Origin: Mobula hypostoma
Lineage: Eukaryota
Assembly (NCBI RefSeq): GCF_963921235.1
Contig: NC_086114.1
Span: 29,140,001 to 29,204,000, forward strand
Direction: 5' to 3'
DNA length: 64,000 nt
The notes beneath the pieces are model-generated. The model worked only from the letters and a program-made list of their open reading frames with translations. It did no database searches and was not told the DNA's origin. Shown piece by piece: positions 60,680 through 64,000 of this stretch. The translations under genes were made by a program, and so were the position numbers. Within the stretch, counting starts at the first letter, position 1, and each line of letters opens with the position of its first letter.

Positions 60680-61037
60680 TAAGATTTGCACGTCTGGACC
60701 ACTGTCTGTGACCTTTGGATGTTACAAAGTGGGATGTTCTTGATGCATAGCACTCTAGGAAACACTGAAGCATTTTTGTGCTCAGCGAGGTTGTACTGGT
60801 AACCAAGTGATAGTGACCAGATAATGTATTTCTGTTTCGTTAACTGAATGATAGGTATGAACCAGCTCTTCTGATGATCCTAGGGTATTCTTATATCAGC
60901 TTGAGAACGAAAGTCTTTGTTTCTCAGTTCATCCCCAAATGCACTTGATCTAGAGCAACAGTCTTTCAGGCAATATAGGTTATGGCTGCATGTCTCTGGA
61001 GTGGGATTTGGGTTCACAGCCTCCATCAGTGCTACAA
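60680..61037 (-). mobile_element. Deu-domain SINE remnant
   Basis: TCTCTGGAGTGGGATTTG head and AGTGACCAGATAAT body in reverse orientation. Confidence 0.55.
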
Positions 61038-61645
61038 TGTACATCTGAACTTAATTTCAGGTCTAGCAAGTTGATACTGATTTAACCAGAAAGCAATTTG
61101 TTTTAAAGAGGAAAGAATTTGGTTATGTGATTTGGAATTAGTCGGCTGACTTTTCAGAAATGTCATTGGTTTCACTAACAGGCTGTATCCAAGGAGGAGT
61201 CATGGTCCTGGAAGCTAACTTTAGAAAATTAAATCATCAACATTAATCTTACCAGCACTTGTATAATTGAAAACATCTGACTGAAGAGTGAAGAACATTC
61301 CTGTCCTGAATCTCATTGTGAGCTCAGGGGCCACTCAAAGCCCAAAGAAAGCATTTAAATAATTGTGAGGCACTGCAGTGAATTGTTGAAAAGTTCATCC
61401 GAGCAGGGGCTCAGTGGGTAATGGGCCAGAGCAAACTGGCAGCAGTCTAGGGAGCCGCCAGCCAGCTGGAGTGCAGATGGCAGCACAAATCTGGAGCATA
61501 CCGGGTTTGAAGGGGTGGGTGCACTTCACACCTGGCCCCTCAACTTCATGTGCCTATAGATGGTGCTCCTCTAGTGGCCCCATATTCAAAAGGGGCTGTT
61601 GCTCTTCATTTAGAAGGTGGGTTTGGGTAGGATTTGTTGATTTCT

Positions 61646-61841
61646 ACACACAAAATGCTGGCGGAAATAAGCAGGCCGGGCAGCAACTATGAAAAAGAAT
61701 AAACCATTGCCATTTCAGGCTGAGGCAGTCTTAATCAGGAGCTTTTATTCATTTTCATAGGTGCTGCTTGACCTGCTGAGTTTCTGCAGCACTTTGTATG
61801 TCTTATTCTGGATTTCCAGTATCTGCAGAATCTTTTGTGTT
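61646..61841. mobile_element. PLE-derived short element with inverted termini
   Basis: ACACACAAAATGCTGGCGGAA ... GACCTGCTGAGTTTCTGCAGCACTTTG; TSD TTTGTTGATTT(C/A)T starting at 61633 and 61842. Confidence 0.8.
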
Positions 61842-62019
61842 TTTGTTGATTTATTTTTTTAATTTCAATATATATCCATGCTTTTATTTAACATCAACTT
61901 CATTTTCTGAAAATAAATTTATTGTACCTAATTTTAGAACAAAGATTTAACCTTGAGTCAATGTGCTGTATTCATGGAGCACAGGGTTGATGGTCAAGCC
62001 ATTTTTATTCTCCCTATAT

Positions 62020-62594
62020 TCTACTGCTAACCAACACACTAGGATCAATTTACACAAAATGCTGGAGGAACTCAGCAGGCCAGGTAGCATCTATGGAAAA
62101 ATGTACAGTCAATGTTTTGGGCTGAAACCCTAGCATCCTAGGAACATACCCTAGAATTCAGAAAGATCAAAGCTCCAGCCGGTTATCAGTAAGAACAGAA
62201 CAGACTGAGTTCCCAGATCTTCTCCTGGAGCAGCAGGAGAGAACTACAATCTACAAATCAGGAATGTGAGTCCTGCCAAAGGGTCTCAGCCTGAAACATC
62301 GCCTATAATTTTTTTCCATAGATGCTGCCTGGCTGGCTGACTTCCTCCAGCATTTTGTGTGTGTTGCTCGGATTTCCAGCATCTGCAGATTTTCTGTTGT
62401 TCAGGATCTATTTACAGTGGCCAATTAACCTATCAGTCTGAAAGGTGGGAGGAAATTGGAACATCCGGCAGAAAGCACACTGTAACAGAGAAAACAAGCA
62501 AGCTCCTTACAGGCAGTACCCAAGGCCGGGATTAAACCTGCTTGTCTGCTGCTTGTGAGGCAGCTGCTCTATTAGCCAAGTCACCATGTTGCCC
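62020..62594 (-). mobile_element. V-SINE interrupted by a PLE-derived insertion
   Basis: TTTACAGTGGCCAATTAACCTA..GTGGGAGGAAATTGGAACATCCGG..GGGATTAAACC head. Confidence 0.75.
62055..62402 (+). mobile_element. PLE-derived inverted-terminus element carrying ~120 bp homologous to 47536-47661
   Basis: Arms at 62055-62131 and 62269-62402; TSD AGGATC(A/T)ATTTACA at 62041-62054 and 62403-62416. Confidence 0.88.
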
Positions 62595-62625
62595 GGGAGT
62601 TCACTATGATAGTTGATGAATGGTT

Positions 62626-63275
62626 ATAAGATCATAAGATATAGGAGCAGAATTAGGCTAATTGGCCCATCAAGTCATGGCTGGTTTATAATCCCTCTCA
62701 ATCCTATTTCTCCTGCCTTCTCTCTGTAATATTTTGACAAGCTTACTAATCAAGAAACTATCAACCAATGGTTTAGCCTCCAAGGCTGTCTGTGGCAATG
62801 AATTCTACAGATTCATCACCCTCTAGCTAAACAAATTTCTCGTCACCACTGTTCTAAATGGGTGTCCCTCTGTTTTGAGGCTGTATTTGCCTGTCCTAGA
62901 CTCCCCCACAATAGGAAACATCCTCTCCACATCCATTCTATCTAGGCCTTTCAACATTCAATAGGTTTCAGTGAGATCCCACCCATTCCCCATCTCTCGT
63001 TCTTCTAAACTTTAGTGAGTGCAGGCCCAGAGCTACCAAATGCTCCTTTACTTTCTGGAATTATTCTTGTGAACCTTGTCTGGGCCCCCTCCAATGCCAG
63101 CACATCTTTTCTTAAATAAAGGGCTCGTACTGCTCACAATACTCCCAAGTACAGACAGACCAATGCCTTATAAAGCCTTAGCATTACATTTTTACTGTTA
63201 TATTCCAGTCCTCTCGAAATGAATGTTAACGTTGCAGTTGCCTCTCTTACCACCAACTCAACCTGTAAATTACCC
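62626..63275 (-). mobile_element. CR1 3' fragment
   Basis: Collinear with 10001-10588 and 24668-25400. Confidence 0.9.
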
Positions 63276-63299
63276 CATTCGTGTATCTCTAGAAAAGGA

Positions 63300-64000
63300 C
63301 CCAGGACTTCAGTGGCACGTATTGAGGAGGACTGAAGTCAGCAGGCATAGTGGGAGTAGAATAGGTGCACAATGGCGTCAGGAGGCTGAGATTGTTGGTA
63401 GCAAGAGCTATGGAAAAGGGTATTCACACAGGAGTTTAAAAACTGATAGTCAACGATGACGATGAAACTTCTGAGATGATAGGAAGGTCAGAGGAGCCCC
63501 ACAGGACCCTTTCTAATCCTAAATCTAAACCCCGTAAAAAGAAAGTAGTGATAGTAGGGAATTCAATTATCGGGGGGGGGGGGAGTTGAGAATCACGTGT
63601 GTACTGACAAGGCATCTCCTACAGTGTGTTGCCTACCAAGAACACAAGTAGGAGATCTCCCTGGATGAGTAAACAAGCTCCTATCCAGAGCTGGAATGGA
63701 TCCAGTAGTCATTGTCCACATCGGAACAAATGACATAGGCAAAGACTGGCTGTTCTGCAAGTCGAATTTAAAGAGTTAGGTGGGAAGAGAAGGGACAGAA
63801 CTGACAAGCTGGTCTTCTCAGAAGTTCTGTCTGTGTCACACACCAGTCCAGGTAAGGTGGAGGAGATTCGAAGAATTAACACGTGGCTCATATCATGGTG
63901 TAGATTAGAGGGGCATAGGTTTATCAGACATTGAGAGCCTTTTGGGACAGATGGAACCTGTACCACCGGGACAGGTAGCATTTGAACCGGAGGGGCACAA
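63300..64000 (+). mobile_element. CR1 ORF1 SGNH/GDSL esterase-domain remnant (runs off the window)
   Basis: KVVIVGNSII..TVCCLP..GDLPG*VNKLLSRAGMDPVVIVHIGTNDIGK..LYHRDR*HLNRRGT (GDS, GxND and DxxH blocks, decayed). Confidence 0.85.

Overview
Repeat-dominated vertebrate DNA with no host protein-coding gene that I can support. The repeat set (abundant CR1, Rex1/Babar, V-SINE and Deu-domain SINEs, Penelope-like elements) suggests a cartilaginous fish, probably a ray; this is an inference, not a database result. It looks like intergenic DNA or a large intron, with three assembly gaps. Contents: about 15 CR1 LINE fragments, several Rex1/Babar families, an old RTE LINE, four copies of a non-autonomous Tc1 element, an internally deleted Tigger/pogo element, an 80-bp hAT MITE, a decayed retroviral env with a possible 3' LTR, a 2.9-kb 33-bp minisatellite, and about a dozen Penelope-like element (PLE) pieces. 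Main observations: (i) PLE termini carry minimal type-I hammerhead ribozyme motifs, one intact at 58770-58805 (-). (ii) PLE-derived insertions, mostly with inverted ends, show 12-14-bp target-site duplications (TSDs). (iii) One of them (62055-62402) appears to carry about 120 bp of flank copied from another PLE insertion 15 kb away (47401-47661). (iv) The Tc1 family has an extra TIR forming a terminal hairpin. (v) The minisatellite appears to have expanded from within a Deu-SINE. Boundaries of old elements are approximate, and family assignments come from motif recognition by eye.
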